A stretch of DNA of 63,905 nt, filler included, from Choristocarpus tenellus KU-1152 (Eukaryota; Protista; Phaeophyceae): assembly GCA_964200185.2 (NCBI GenBank). It is 12 parts of 12 records of this genome, joined end to end, with 100 filler letters (N's around TTAATTAATTAA, not from the genome) between each part and the next. Parts side by side here need not be neighbours in the genome. Positions count along the whole stretch, not along the records: positions 23,811 to 29,246 come from CAXNAD020010785.1; positions 29,347 to 36,123 come from CAXNAD020007370.1; positions 36,224 to 47,178 come from CAXNAD020002604.1; 9 more parts are not named here. The stretch is one strand, 5' to 3'. Within the stretch, counting starts at the first letter, position 1. Each line of letters opens with the position of its first letter. This document shows positions 27,517-39,400 of this stretch, one piece after another. The position numbers and the translations under genes were made by a program. The notes under the pieces are model-generated. The model searched no databases, was not told the DNA's origin, and worked only from the letters and a program-made list of their open reading frames with translations.

Positions 27517-28485
27517 ATCAAGGTTTCCGTCACCCCCTGGTTCAGGCAATGCTCGACCCTCTAACACAACACCCAGCCCCGCCTCGTCTCCATTATAGCC
27601 CCGCATACCACCACCCACCAAGCCCTTGCCATTGCCGTGACCCTCCAAACCCCGCACATCCGGCGCAAACTTCTTTGAGCGATCCTGACCAAAGTTTAGT
27701 GTCGCAAACCCTTGCCCAAACTCCTGCTGTGCGCATACATCATAGGCCAATGCAGCCTCCTCCTCCTCTTCAAACGGACAACCAGGGACAAGTACCCAGC
27801 CCCTCTTCGGAGTCCAAATCCGTGCCATCCACCAATTTCTCTTCCCATCCCTAATTCTATCAATACCTTCAGCCTCCAGGGGTCTTGGGCAAGGAAAAAC
27901 CCCTAAGAACCTGGAATATTGGAGCCTTTTTCTTCCTGTTATTGGGGCGGGGTGGTCAGCACTGGAGGCAACCGAGGCCTTACAAGGGCTAAGGCCATCA
28001 GATAACGGATGCCGGGGTGCCTTAATCCTCATCGATTGTCGAGGGGTCACAGAGAGCCTTGAATTCTGATGAGGAGGAGCAGAGCTGGAGGTTGACAAAG
28101 GTCCCCGTGGTCTGTTCCTTGGACGGTCAATCATTTCTGACTTTCTGTGGAGTATGCAATGTGAAGCAAGTCGTCCCTCGTGGCCGAAACGAGGACGCCG
28201 TTCGCAGCCAGGAGCCCGGCAGCCAAGGGAAGACTCGGTTGATATCCTGTTCAGCATCCCTGCCTTCACCGCACTCTTTCCAATTCCTGATGATGCGACT
28301 GTTGTGATGGATCTTGTATCATCACCTCCCCAGTCCTGTTTGCGCTTCCTCTTGCCTGATTTCGGTGCTCCGTTGATCAGCTCGTCGGTTCCAAGAACCG
28401 CGAGCTGGGAAATGGCGGATTCGGATACCTGGGCACCCACTAGTGAAGAGCATTGCAGGCACATCCAGGAACCACTAGGGAGTCG
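27517..28485 (-). CDS. Exon 2: PHD-type C-terminal half-motif, EsV-1-7-type Cys/His motif (28126-28221) and AP2 DNA-binding domain (27691-27918)
   Basis: Pyrimidine tract + CAG| RLPSGSWMCLQC; CRAPGCERRPRFGHEGRLASHCILHRKSEMID; YSRFLGV..WMARI..FEEEEEAALAYDVCAQQEFGQGFATLNF; donor GAT|GTATGC. Confidence 0.85.
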
Positions 28486-28688
28486 CTGGGATGGAAAAGG
28501 AATGGGCAAAGGATCAGAAAGCAATCAATCCTGCATGTGGGAGAGCCCGGATGTGAGGGAAGGTGACACGAAGGATGCTGCATATCATGTGGATCGTTGT
28601 TTGTGTATTGATCAAAGACTAGCCCCAGCGAACTACAAATTTTTCCCTATCACAATCTTGGCAACATCTTGCCTTGAAGCATGCATAC

Positions 28689-29009
28689 CTTGGCAGAATG
28701 CTCGACAGTGCTTCCACATCCCCGGCACCCAGTACTACCGTGTTCCATATCGGTCCCCTTGCTTACGTGATATTTCCATCCACTACCACCACCATCACCA
28801 TCGTCGTCTGCTCTGACCCTTTCCACAGACGAGTATCGAACCGAGTAGGTTGCTCCATTAATCAGTATCTTGTACCAGCATGCCTGCTTCGACTCGGGCA
28901 CCTCGACAACTTGACCTATCTGTCCATAGAGATGGTTGACCTTGTCTACCGACTGCGTGATGAATCTCACGCGCTGGCCCACTCGGAAACGCAGTCCACC
29001 TGGTGCCAT
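28689..29009 (-). CDS. Exon 1 of multidomain AP2/PHD protein: SH3/Tudor-like barrel plus CxxC
   Basis: ATG at 29009; FRVGQRVRF..GQIGQVVEVP..WYKILI..SVRYSSVE, then GCRGCGSTVEHSAK|GTATGC donor (phase 0). Confidence 0.65.
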
Positions 29010-29174
29010 TGCGATAATACTCCTTCCTACTTTACTTTACCTGAGGTTACTTTTATTACTTCAGGTCTTTACCTTTTCCAACGAAAAGAACTTGACGCGT
29101 GCGCAGAACTACCACGCGCTTGTTGGAAAAAATAATTGTATACCTCAGACAAATCATGATATATCTCCTACTAC

Positions 29175-29246
29175 TGTGAATCGTGTGATTCTGTGGCGGC
29201 GTGGTTCACTCAGGCAAGGGTGGCGAAGAGAATCACCGGGCAAGAC
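29175..29246 (-). mobile_element. LTR 3' end (same family as 63394-63742), truncated by gap
   Basis: Reverse complement of 63671-63742 with few mismatches; terminates in ..TTCACA. Confidence 0.85.
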
Positions 29247-29855
29247 NNNNNNNNNNNNNNNNNNNNNNNNNNNNNNNNNNNNNNNNNNNNTTAATTAATT
29301 AANNNNNNNNNNNNNNNNNNNNNNNNNNNNNNNNNNNNNNNNNNNNGGGGGTAGACCGTTGGACTGGTCAAATACACAGAGACACGCCTCCAGGAGGCGA
29401 AAAAGACCCTAAAAAAAATATTATCAGGAGAGAAAGTCAAGTTAAAGTGAGTGGGACTGGAGCTGAACCCCCCCTACAAATTTGCTCATTGAAGGCAAAT
29501 GTCTCACAGTATAGTTTTTTATTTACACCATGCAACAGAATGTTAGTCTTCATTTGAAGACAACCCCAGCACCAATCCAGGCCCCACAGAACATTCCGAC
29601 AGGATACAAACTATGACAAAGAAAGAGAAAGATAATGGGGCTCAATGCCATCCCCTGTGATACACACACACAGGAACTGAATTTAACCCAACAACATGTT
29701 GGAATGGGACCTGACCCTCCACTCATCTGAGTACAAGGCACCGCCCACCTCCCTTACATATTACTTGGCTGGCGGTAAAAAAGTAGCACAAGTATTCCCT
29801 CTGGTAGAGACGAAGTTGCACTCTGCATGTCATCAGGGAAAAAAAAATAGAGAAC

Positions 29856-30002
29856 TAATAATAATAAAAATAATAATAACAAAAAAGTAAGGATGATGAT
29901 AAGAATAATGATAATAAGAATAATGAAAATAAGAATAATGATAATAAGAATAATGATAATAAGAATAATGAAAATAAGAATAAGAATAAGAATAAGAATA
30001 AA
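29856..30002. repeat. Compound AAT/AATAAG/AATAATGATAATAAG microsatellite
   Basis: Directly visible. Confidence 0.9.
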
Positions 30003-31692
30003 AACAATAGCAGCCAAGATAGGGTGAATCATTTTCAATCATCAGTGATTTGTCTTACCCTGTTCAAAGTTTGCAAGGATCAAGAAGATATTTGAGGCCA
30101 TTTTGCTGTTTGCAAATTACCTCACAGTGTAGGGTCTGATGCAATGTGGTATTATTATGTTACAAAGATGTTTCTGACTCTCTGATGGCAAATAATAGCT
30201 GGAACAATTCTCATGTGGTCTCAGCACTACACTACTGTGTGCCTCCCCCAACAACAATTGTGCAAGCATGCTGTAGATCACATTACCCCCCCAAATAATA
30301 TCATCAGTGTTACAGCACTGCAAATACATATTTTTTAATTCCATCGATACGATTTCATTTTAATAAAAAAAGAGGAATCGAAACCGAATATTGAGGAGCC
30401 GTTTTTTTGTTTTGGTTTTGGTTTTGGTTTTTGTTTTGGGTTTTTTTCGCACGATTGCACGCTGCATACTCCGCTCGCAGAGCACGGCGACTTAACACAT
30501 TTCAATTTATGATCATCTCAATGTGTGAATGTATCAATTGTCTTATTTCAAGTCCATCAACAATTCTCCAAGCCGATTTCTTAGGGTTAGCAATCATCAC
30601 TCATAAACTGTTTTTGATTCACTACACTACACTACACTACACTGTATTCTCAAAAAAAAAAAATTAAGCGGCATTGACCTCAAATGTGGATTTCACCTTG
30701 ATGGTGTGTTTCTATACAATAAATTACACAAAAAAATTAGGTCTTGCTAGTTACCGGAATGTTACCGGGGCGTTATTGGGAAGGACTAATAATCCAGAAA
30801 TCCATGAAAGGCTCGTACTGTCACACCACTGAAGCAAAAACAAGGGTCAGCTCTTTCAATACAGCATACTCCTCTCTGGTGCTCTCCCGTGAGTGGACAT
30901 GCCATACCAAGCAATATTAGGAGACATATTGGAGAGAGATTGGTGAGAACCCTCACTAGGCAGGCCACTACTCACTCTGGGAGGGCTGTTTATGTTGGGA
31001 GATCTTTTGGTCCACAATAACAGGCTTACCGTCCACTTGACTCTCATTGATGTATACTAGTTAACCACCCAATAATTTCAAAACGTGCAGGAATTGGCAT
31101 ACTTAGCACACAACAGGTAGGATCAGGTTAGGGAAGGGAGGATGCATCGCAAACCTTTAATACCATTGCCCCTTCCTCCCAACGATTTACATATATAATA
31201 GCTTCCAAAAGATAGGTTTGGGGTTGATCTCAAGATCTTTTCACACTCTACAACTTTGAAAATATTCAAACTTAAGTTGACTCACATAGTAGTACATCAG
31301 TGGTTCATCAGCAATATTGGGTGCCTAGTGATACAGACGACAAGGACTTGCACCAATTCTCCCTGCACTCATCAAAGTATCACAACTTCTTCAACAAGAG
31401 TTCTACAACACTGTACGCCTTGCGAGGTGGTCAGGCACACACACCGAAAAATTGTTCTCATTGCACGAACACTACTATCCAATGCATCATACACCTCACA
31501 ACTAGTCCATCTTCAAACACACCTTCACCTGCTCATTGGCATCAATTTTGTAAAATTCAGCACATCCATTTGTATCATACCCCTACCTCAAAATGTTACC
31601 TTTTTCATCTACACATAAACTGCCCCAATATCCGTAACACACCAATAATGACTTGACTATCTTGGAACTACATTCACAGAATGATCACTTAC

Positions 31693-32004
31693 ACATCACT
31701 CGGATGGATCCCAGCTCGAAAGTAAAGAGCAATCTCTGTAGTCCTGAAAATAATTATTATTATTATTGTTAAGAAAGGACGCACAAGATGCTTGCAATAC
31801 CAAAACTTGACCGCTGATTCAAAATCTCAATAATGAACTACTACAGAGACTGAGCAAAGAAAAATAAAAAATGCCCAATCCCACCTATACCACTCCTCTT
31901 TTGTTTTCACGGCTGAAACCCAGTTCCCAGGTTGGGGCAGCTCTCCTCTAGAGCACAAATAAAACGACTCATTGTTAGGAAAGCCAAAAGACGAAAACAC
32001 CATT
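31693..32004 (-). CDS. Two phase-compatible exons (32004-31885, 31743-31693) of an unidentified gene
   Basis: CAG|..MVFSSFGFPNNESFYLCSRGELPQPGNWVSAVKTKEEWY AG|GTGGGA ... TTTTCAG|G TTEIALYFRAGIHPSD GT|GTAAGT. Confidence 0.5.
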
Positions 32005-35000
32005 CTGCCAGCAGTGTAGTCAGGGACATCAATTGTTGTGTCCACGCCAGAGCCAACACAGTCAACTTATAATACCAAGTTGATGCCTTCTTGTAAAAGT
32101 GAAGCTCATCGATGGAAAGCAACAAAACACTGATGATACGATCCCTCCTCCCCATCATACCAGAACCAACAAATGGGGAAACTGCTACCAGGTCACAAAA
32201 AACATTGTAAGCCAGGATCCAAGGTAATATCCTCGTCGAACAAGCCTGACATACAGTTGTCAACAGATACTTAGTGCAGCAGAGAGGGGTACATGGCCAT
32301 GAAACTGAAAATGTCCCACATCTCTAAACACCTGCAAAGGAGATCAGTTGACGGGCAATACCGATTGGGTACTTGCGTAACTACCCTACCCCACTTACAA
32401 AAGGGGGCAAAGAACCACTTGATACCAAGTGGTGGGTTTGGGAGCTACACCCTTTGAGTGCAACTCAGAATATTGCATCACATCCTCGTTTTCGATGAAA
32501 ATGACGCTCCAAAATGCTATCAATGCAAATTGGTAACTCTGTAAGCAACCCAGGGTTAAACCTCAAACATCAATGATTCTAAAAAACGACCCTTCCTAAA
32601 CCGTGGGGCACAACCAAACCTTGACAAAAGCAGATCCGACAAATTGGTTCAATGACTTACTTCACCAAGGCGGGGCCCGGAAGGTTACAGGGTCATTCTA
32701 GATATCATTGTGCTTAAAATTCACCACAGAACGGAATTAACGCAGCCCCATGGAGTGGCGAAGCTACAGTCATTATGAGATATCTTGTCACACGCAAGCT
32801 TCAATAAATGCAAACACAAAATGTATTGTACACCTGCTAAATCAAAACAACAAAAACTATTACCAGGACCCTCTTTTTTCTCTTATATCCCTTTTCTGAC
32901 TTCCCCTACACGCCTGTAAAATGTATTAAGGTACTATGCTGGCAATGCGCCACCTTTTGGAGGCATCATCCTCTCAATTTGACGCCGTACCTCATGTATC
33001 GTCACTCCAACATAGTAACTCTCTCCACACCCCAAGGAGGTATGACAATCAAAACTCTTAGTGGGAAAAAAAATCCTCATCCAACCTCTCTCAATCTTGC
33101 TCCCTCAGTCAACTGGGAGGGAGGAATAAGGGCGGCTCATCAGCATACACACGCCCCGTTTCGGGCGAGGGTCGAGAGAAGGGAACCTGTCACCACGTCT
33201 GGCAACAATACTCCAAAACCTCTCTAACCTACGGCATCTCCCAATGCCGCTGCAATGCACGGATACCGTCTACATATAGTTCTGGTGGGCTGCGGGATTA
33301 GACTTTGTCCCAAGGGACAGAGGAGGACAGCGTCCGGGCACGCTGTTGCGCTTCCCCCTCCCCCTTCACCGACTGTGTCCAACCTACTTCCAGTCGCCAG
33401 ACGATAAGGGGTGCGCCCCACCCCAAAATAAAAAGGGTTGCCTAGAAACCACAGCCCCGCCACCAGGCTGTTGATCCTGTACCAAGATGTTCAACCGCCA
33501 CCATGTTCATCTGTTGTGATAGAAGTTAAGTCACACGGTCCAAGAGGGTGTGTTGAGATGTACAGATTTTTAGATATGAGGTCAGTGTTGGACGAGATAT
33601 CACTTCTGCAATCCGTTAAGTGAGAGGATTTACTCATTGTATAGCACCCCGTCACACCCAAGAGTTATCATCCCCAGCAATCATATGAGCGAGTACCTAG
33701 TTGTCCACGACTCAAAAAGGTGCGAGGAAGTTCCGCTTCGAAAATCAAACTCAAATTAAAGCAAATTCTACATCACTCACCACCAGAGCATGCAGCAGCC
33801 CCAAGCCGTTCCCTCCCTCACACGCTCGCGTTCACCGGCCTCGTTGCTATCATACAAAGATTGTGGGTAAACGATGGCGGGTAAATGTATCTTGCCGCAC
33901 ATTTATCCAACGTCAACAAGGAGAAAGGTAGGAAAAACTACCCAGAAACACATTAATGCACGTTACCTATGTTTTCGATTGGTGATAACGAGGGGAGTAG
34001 CGCAATATCTCACCCTATCCCCACATCATTTTAAACCAGGGACAACTGAACTAGAAAATTAAATTTCTCACCCAATCAGAATTGGCATCCACCTTGACTC
34101 ATGCAGAGAACGAGGGGAGCGTGTAATCACACATCCTTTCGAATGGAGGGAGGAGAGGGCAGCTGGGGTTTTGGCACAGTCCAAGTGTAGCAGGGCTGAA
34201 TATGGATGAAGGCTGATGGGAGTGACACTGGAGTGAAGAGTGGGGGAAATTGAGAAAAAAATAACAAATATTTTCTGTCCTCTTGCTGTGAATGGTTGTT
34301 ATTAGTATTCATAGTCAATGCCCATTTTTCATTTATTTGTGTGTGATTGTTTCTCATGTATATTTTTTGTCTATCTTATTATTGATATATTGTGTTGATA
34401 GAATGATATTGTGACTGTGATTTCTTGTTTTCTTTATTGCATCTTTCCCACTCTCTATTCTCTATTGCTACTGGTTGGTGTATAAGCGTGTTTGTCCAAA
34501 ATACAATTCACTATCTAAAAAGTCTTATTTTATGTCATTATATCTCAAAATGGTAATTCTAATTTCCTTCAAAAACAACCTTTCAGTCTCTTAAAGATAT
34601 AAAGCATAAAATAATATTTGGTTCTTTATGTGGACTCATTAGTTTTACTAGATAGGGAATGATGGAAATTCTGTCAAGGGAGGAGAAACATTTGACCTGC
34701 CTAGCGTCGGGGAATATTCAGGACCTGACTAGCTGGTTATTGGAACGGTCCTAAACAACGAAGACACTCGTGTCCCTTAGGAATAACCTGGAGTAAACTC
34801 AAACCAATTGAGAGGTGGAAAATTTGGACCCTGTTGCATTGTAAGCAATATTTCTTACCCTCTGGAAATACTCTATTTCATTGATTTATGTGCGTAACAG
34901 TGTACCCAAAATTGATGTTCCCTTTTCCAAACACCAAGCAAGCGACACCACAAACAATTCAATAAAGCTTATTTCCGCAATGGTACAAATGACTTCCTTT

Positions 35001-35184
35001 TGTCCTTTCTTGGGATCTTTAAATGGAACCCTGTCTACCTCTCACTTGAATAGTCACAGCAATCGGACAACACGACGGAGGCATTTTTAAGGGGGTGAGT
35101 GTTCTCCTACACAGCCCAGGCCTCTGAGGATGGACAAGATTTTCAGAGTAGTGGTTCCCACGCATTCTAATTAGAATCTATATT

Positions 35185-36062
35185 ATGAGCTACGGCGAGC
35201 TGTATTTGGAAAGTAGGGGTAGAATAGTAACGGACACAGGATCTAGGGAACAACGGCACTGCCCCATCAGGGAGAGTATACCCCACCCACCACCCTCCAG
35301 ATTTCTTGCTTGCGAGCAAATAGCAATTCTGCACAATGACCTCATGGGATGCGCCCCAGCCATATCCAATAGGGCATTGCGACAGATGTCAGCCATGAGG
35401 AGGTGGCAGAGGCGTTTACCAACCCATTGGAGCTTACGTTACCCCCTGAGTTTTAGAAGTTCCGCACCACTTCCAGTCTGTCAGCAATCAGGGAGAAGTA
35501 CTACCCAGTCGTTTGTAGCTCTTTCTTTACGAGGGCATGTGCTTCAGCTTTCTGATCGAATTGGCACCCGTACCTTGAGAAACATTTTGGAGGTATGGGG
35601 TAGTTTGAAGTAGGGGTCCCAAATAGAGTTGAGCGTACTCTGGTGGATATTCACGTAAGAAATTAGTGTGACGAATGTGTCAGTATCCTAGATTGCAGAA
35701 ACGTCTTCAACAGCATACACTGTTCAGCTTTCACTGTGCTCCTTCCCAAGGTCCTACCAGGATTCCTGCCATAAATATCCACTTTATAAGGTAATACTAG
35801 TGAACTTCTTTTCGTTCGGGATGAGGGAGGGGTGCAAATTATGCCCTCAAGGACAGGGACACAACAAGGAGATCACCTTGGTCCCATACTCTCCTGTATA
35901 GCCATAGTCAAAGTTCCAATGCAGGTCCAAAACGCCTTCGGACCCAGGAGATTTCTTCACTAGGCTTCCTGAGTGACACGTACATCCATCTCCACGAGGG
36001 AGATAAACTCCACTGTTTTAAATCCCTTTGAGCAGCTGAAGACGAACCTATATATGGTAGGC
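35185..36062 (+). mobile_element. Decayed non-LTR retrotransposon reverse transcriptase (CRE-like motifs)
   Basis: VSILDCRNVFNSIH (~35680-35720), RTGTQQGDHLGPIL (~35850-35890) and a degenerate FLSD at the YxDD position; cut by a family A MITE. Confidence 0.8.
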
Positions 36063-36123
36063 GAGCCAAAGTATCTTAGAGGGTAGAGCCGCGTCCATTT
36101 GGGGATCAAAATACAATGTTGTG
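36063..36123. mobile_element. MITE family A terminus at contig end
   Basis: GAGCCAAAGTATCTTAGAGGGTAGAGCCGCGTCCATTTGGGG. Confidence 0.9.
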
Positions 36124-36310
36124 NNNNNNNNNNNNNNNNNNNNNNNNNNNNNNNNNNNNNNNNNNNNTTAATTAATTAANNNNNNNNNNNNNNNNNNNNN
36201 NNNNNNNNNNNNNNNNNNNNNNNGCATGCCCATGGGTGAACAAAATCGGGGTAGGTACTGTATGGGTATTTTATGTACATGAAGATTTTTTGGAGATGAT
36301 GATGACCACA

Positions 36311-38400
36311 CAGTTGGTGTACGTATATAAGAGAGGATAGAGGGAAGCGAAAAAACCCTCTCTTATATCCCGATCCTCTCTTATTTTGTATAAGATCGCT
36401 TTTCTCTTCAATCGAGGACTGTCATAAGAGAAACCTATGTTATATCGAGCAACAGTGCTCGTAGGCACTTTTTACTTGTACCTGAACGACGACAGAGCGA
36501 CACCCTTGCTGTATGTGCTTCCCATGTACCTTCAAGAAGAGTGGTTACATGTAGATGTGTATTGAACATTGCAGGAAGCACCACACCTACAACACCACCC
36601 CTCCACAGTATACCAGTGTAATATGTATACGGCACTGTAACTTGGGTAAAAATACACTCATTATTACGATATATTCACTCATATGTATAGTGCACCTTCA
36701 CAAGAAAAGCATCCGCAAGCCGTTGGATGGCTGGACAGACTCGCAGTTCAAATCTAATCAACGTTCAAAGCCCATCTCCCTCCAATGCCCTACGTATTCA
36801 ATTGCACTCTACAAGGATATTATACAGTACAATATCAAAAACACCTCCGTGGATCAAATGTAGCTGCACTGCCATGCACCTCCCATCGCAAGAACTGAGT
36901 AAAACAACTTATTCGCTGATAAAAAAAAGTCGTGACGGCCAAAAAATCTCGAATGTCCACTTGTTTGATTGCCCTTACCCCGGTTGCGCTGAGCCAAGCC
37001 AGCTGTGCTTTCCGGAGATGGTATGAAACATTGTTCATGCTGCACTCTTCGACGGTTGTTTCTAAGCTTTCAAACTCGTCAGCTACTTGAGAGTACGACG
37101 GTGGAGGAATCGAGAATACCGAAGAGGCTGCTCCTTTCCTCACGGCCCCCGATGCGCTGCCCCCTCCCATAAACCCGTCGTCATCCTCGTCACCCAAACT
37201 TTTATTGTCTGACTGGTACAAGAATTTCTCGAGCAGCTGGTCTTTCGTGTCCTCTAGTATCGCATTGGCCACTTCATCGTTGTCTTTCACACCGATCCAC
37301 ATTCATGCTGCGTCGAGGGAAGCCTGAGACGGTTTTCCGTCGGGTTTGAGGTGCAGAGCGTCAAAAGCATTAGAGAAATCCATATTAATATAGAGGGACA
37401 ACTTGTGGGATGTACCTCTACGAGAAAAATGGCCACTCATGATACTACAGTACACAGTATACACATTACAGTACAACAGAAAGGCGCAAAATTTCAAAAA
37501 ATTAATTCATGATCCTCATCTGTGCAGAAAGACAATTAAATCACGATCACAATCAACCTAATTTCAGACTTTCAATCCACGTGCCGACGCACCTCGACAT
37601 GTTTGGCACCCCTCGTAGACTTGGCATCAGGCTTCAGTGTCTGTGCTTTCTCCATGATGGTTGGTGCTGTGGTCGATTCTAAAATTTTGAGCAACTGCAG
37701 TTCCCGTCATGGTCTTCAGGAGTGTTAACGCTTCCACCATCTCTGCAAGGCTCAAACGTTTACGATTGTCGGCACCGCAAGGCTTGTAGGGAGAGACTTT
37801 CTCTGTAGATATATTTGGCAGCACCTTGCCCTTGCCCTTGTTCTTGTTATCAAGTCGCTTCGACGTCGTGTTGTCACCAGCTGGAGGACTCAAAGCCTTG
37901 CGCTTGGTGGGGCTCACGCACCATTTCTACACGCGTTTCATTTCGCTGGAGCCAAAATGGATCCACGACGCCGCAAATGCCATGAAGGTGGCTGCTACAA
38001 ACGCGACACCATGGCATGTATAGTGTGACGGACCAGGAGTATTGGCCTTTATGTTGTAGCTGGATCCCCCTGTGTAGGGCATAGTTATATCTGTAGAATG
38101 CAGTCTAAACTTGATGTGATATACTGCACGTACTGTATGTACTGTACAGTACTGAGAGACAAGAGACTGCTATGCTTTGTACTGCTGTGTCATATTTTGT
38201 TATATTTGTGTAACTTTAGACATGACTTTTTGTGAAACCCCTCGATCAAGTAGTGGTGAAAAAATATGTGAGTTTCCTTGATAAAAGAGAGAATTTGCAG
38301 AAAAACGCCGAAACCTCTCTTATAGACTGAAAAGTGGTGACAAGGCAATTCACCCTCTCTTATATCCAATTTTCTCTTATTATATCGACCTTTCTTGTAT
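36311..38400 (-). mobile_element. pogo/Tigger-like element with internally deleted transposase
   Basis: CENP-B/psq-type HTH RKRLSLAEMVEALTLL..VAQNFRIDHST (ORF 37627-37917); C-terminal acidic region and PIP-box-like KQVDIRDFL (ORF 36835-37302); repeated ACCCTCTCTTATATCC / TTATATCGA motifs near both ends. Boundaries approximate. Confidence 0.7.
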
Positions 38401-39189
38401 AGGTACACCAACTCTATATGGATGTGAATCTATCATAGGGAATATTTCTATGCCCACTACTGACATTTCGTAGATGTTGCCTTGGGCGGACAAGCAACAA
38501 CATACAAGACATAGTGTATTGGATCAAGTTAATATTATCATTGTACTGTATTATTGAGGCAAGCAAAGCATTTAGCATTGGATGAAGCAATTAGAACTAC
38601 ACAATGCAACATAAAATTATACAAAAATGAAGACAAAATTAGAAATGGTCAGCCCACATTCCAAACTGAATTAGATGTGTCGTCTCTAATGGGGCCACAA
38701 AAATGAACACAGTGTACGTTGTTATGGGAGGGGGGACAAGAAGTCGCATCTGCAAAATCTCAGGGAGATTTAAAATTATGCACTGTATTGAGGCAAGTAG
38801 TGAATAAGTACACGATATTATGCTCCCTGAGATTTTGAAGCGGTTGTGGTGAGGAAGACAAGCACCATGTTTACTGCGAGTAGTGAGTGGAGTTAATTGT
38901 ATCAACAGTATGCATTCTGTTAAGTTGTGCTTTGCTCAGGTCGGCTGTAGTCGCAGACGAATAAATATGGCAAGGAATGACCGAAAATTGGAAGCTTCAT
39001 TGTTTAGTGGCACTTCAGAGTACTGCCGTTGCTACTAATTGCTGCTACTAGTTTGTTAACCCTACAAGTATTGCCGATAGATAAGGAGTTCAATCTTCTA
39101 ATTGGTCGACACAAGATATCCATGCATGGTATCATGACTGGACCATGATGAGGGCTCCCAACCATGAACATGATGAAGTTGTCAACCGA

Positions 39190-39400
39190 AGAGCTGGTGG
39201 ATGCACCTGCAAGATGACTTTGAGAAGTTTGGGATCATCATTAAGGCAGACATGAAATACAAGGGCAACAAATCAACACAGATGGTTTGAGTGTCCTTGT
39301 AGGTCTACCTGTTTGAAACGTGTGGGAGCGAGCCCAGTTATGACCAGGCTTTCATTTTCAAGGGAATCTGGTTTCGATGGATCACATGGCCAGCACATTG
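39190..39400 (+). pseudogene. Possible degenerate RRM fragment
   Basis: WMHLQDDFEKFGIIIKADMKYKGNKS resembles RRM helix 1/strand 2; flanked by stops. Confidence 0.3.

Noticed and set aside
28126-28221. Endogenous phaeovirus insertion
   Set aside because: Only a single motif inside an intron-containing gene; no gene-dense viral region or core viral genes.
29754-30042. Ile-rich and Tyr/Ser/His-rich ORFs
   Set aside because: They are translations of a compound microsatellite.
32980-33460. Possible CRE-like LINE C-terminus on the minus strand
   Set aside because: Hints (AGLWFLGNP) are insufficient without a profile search.
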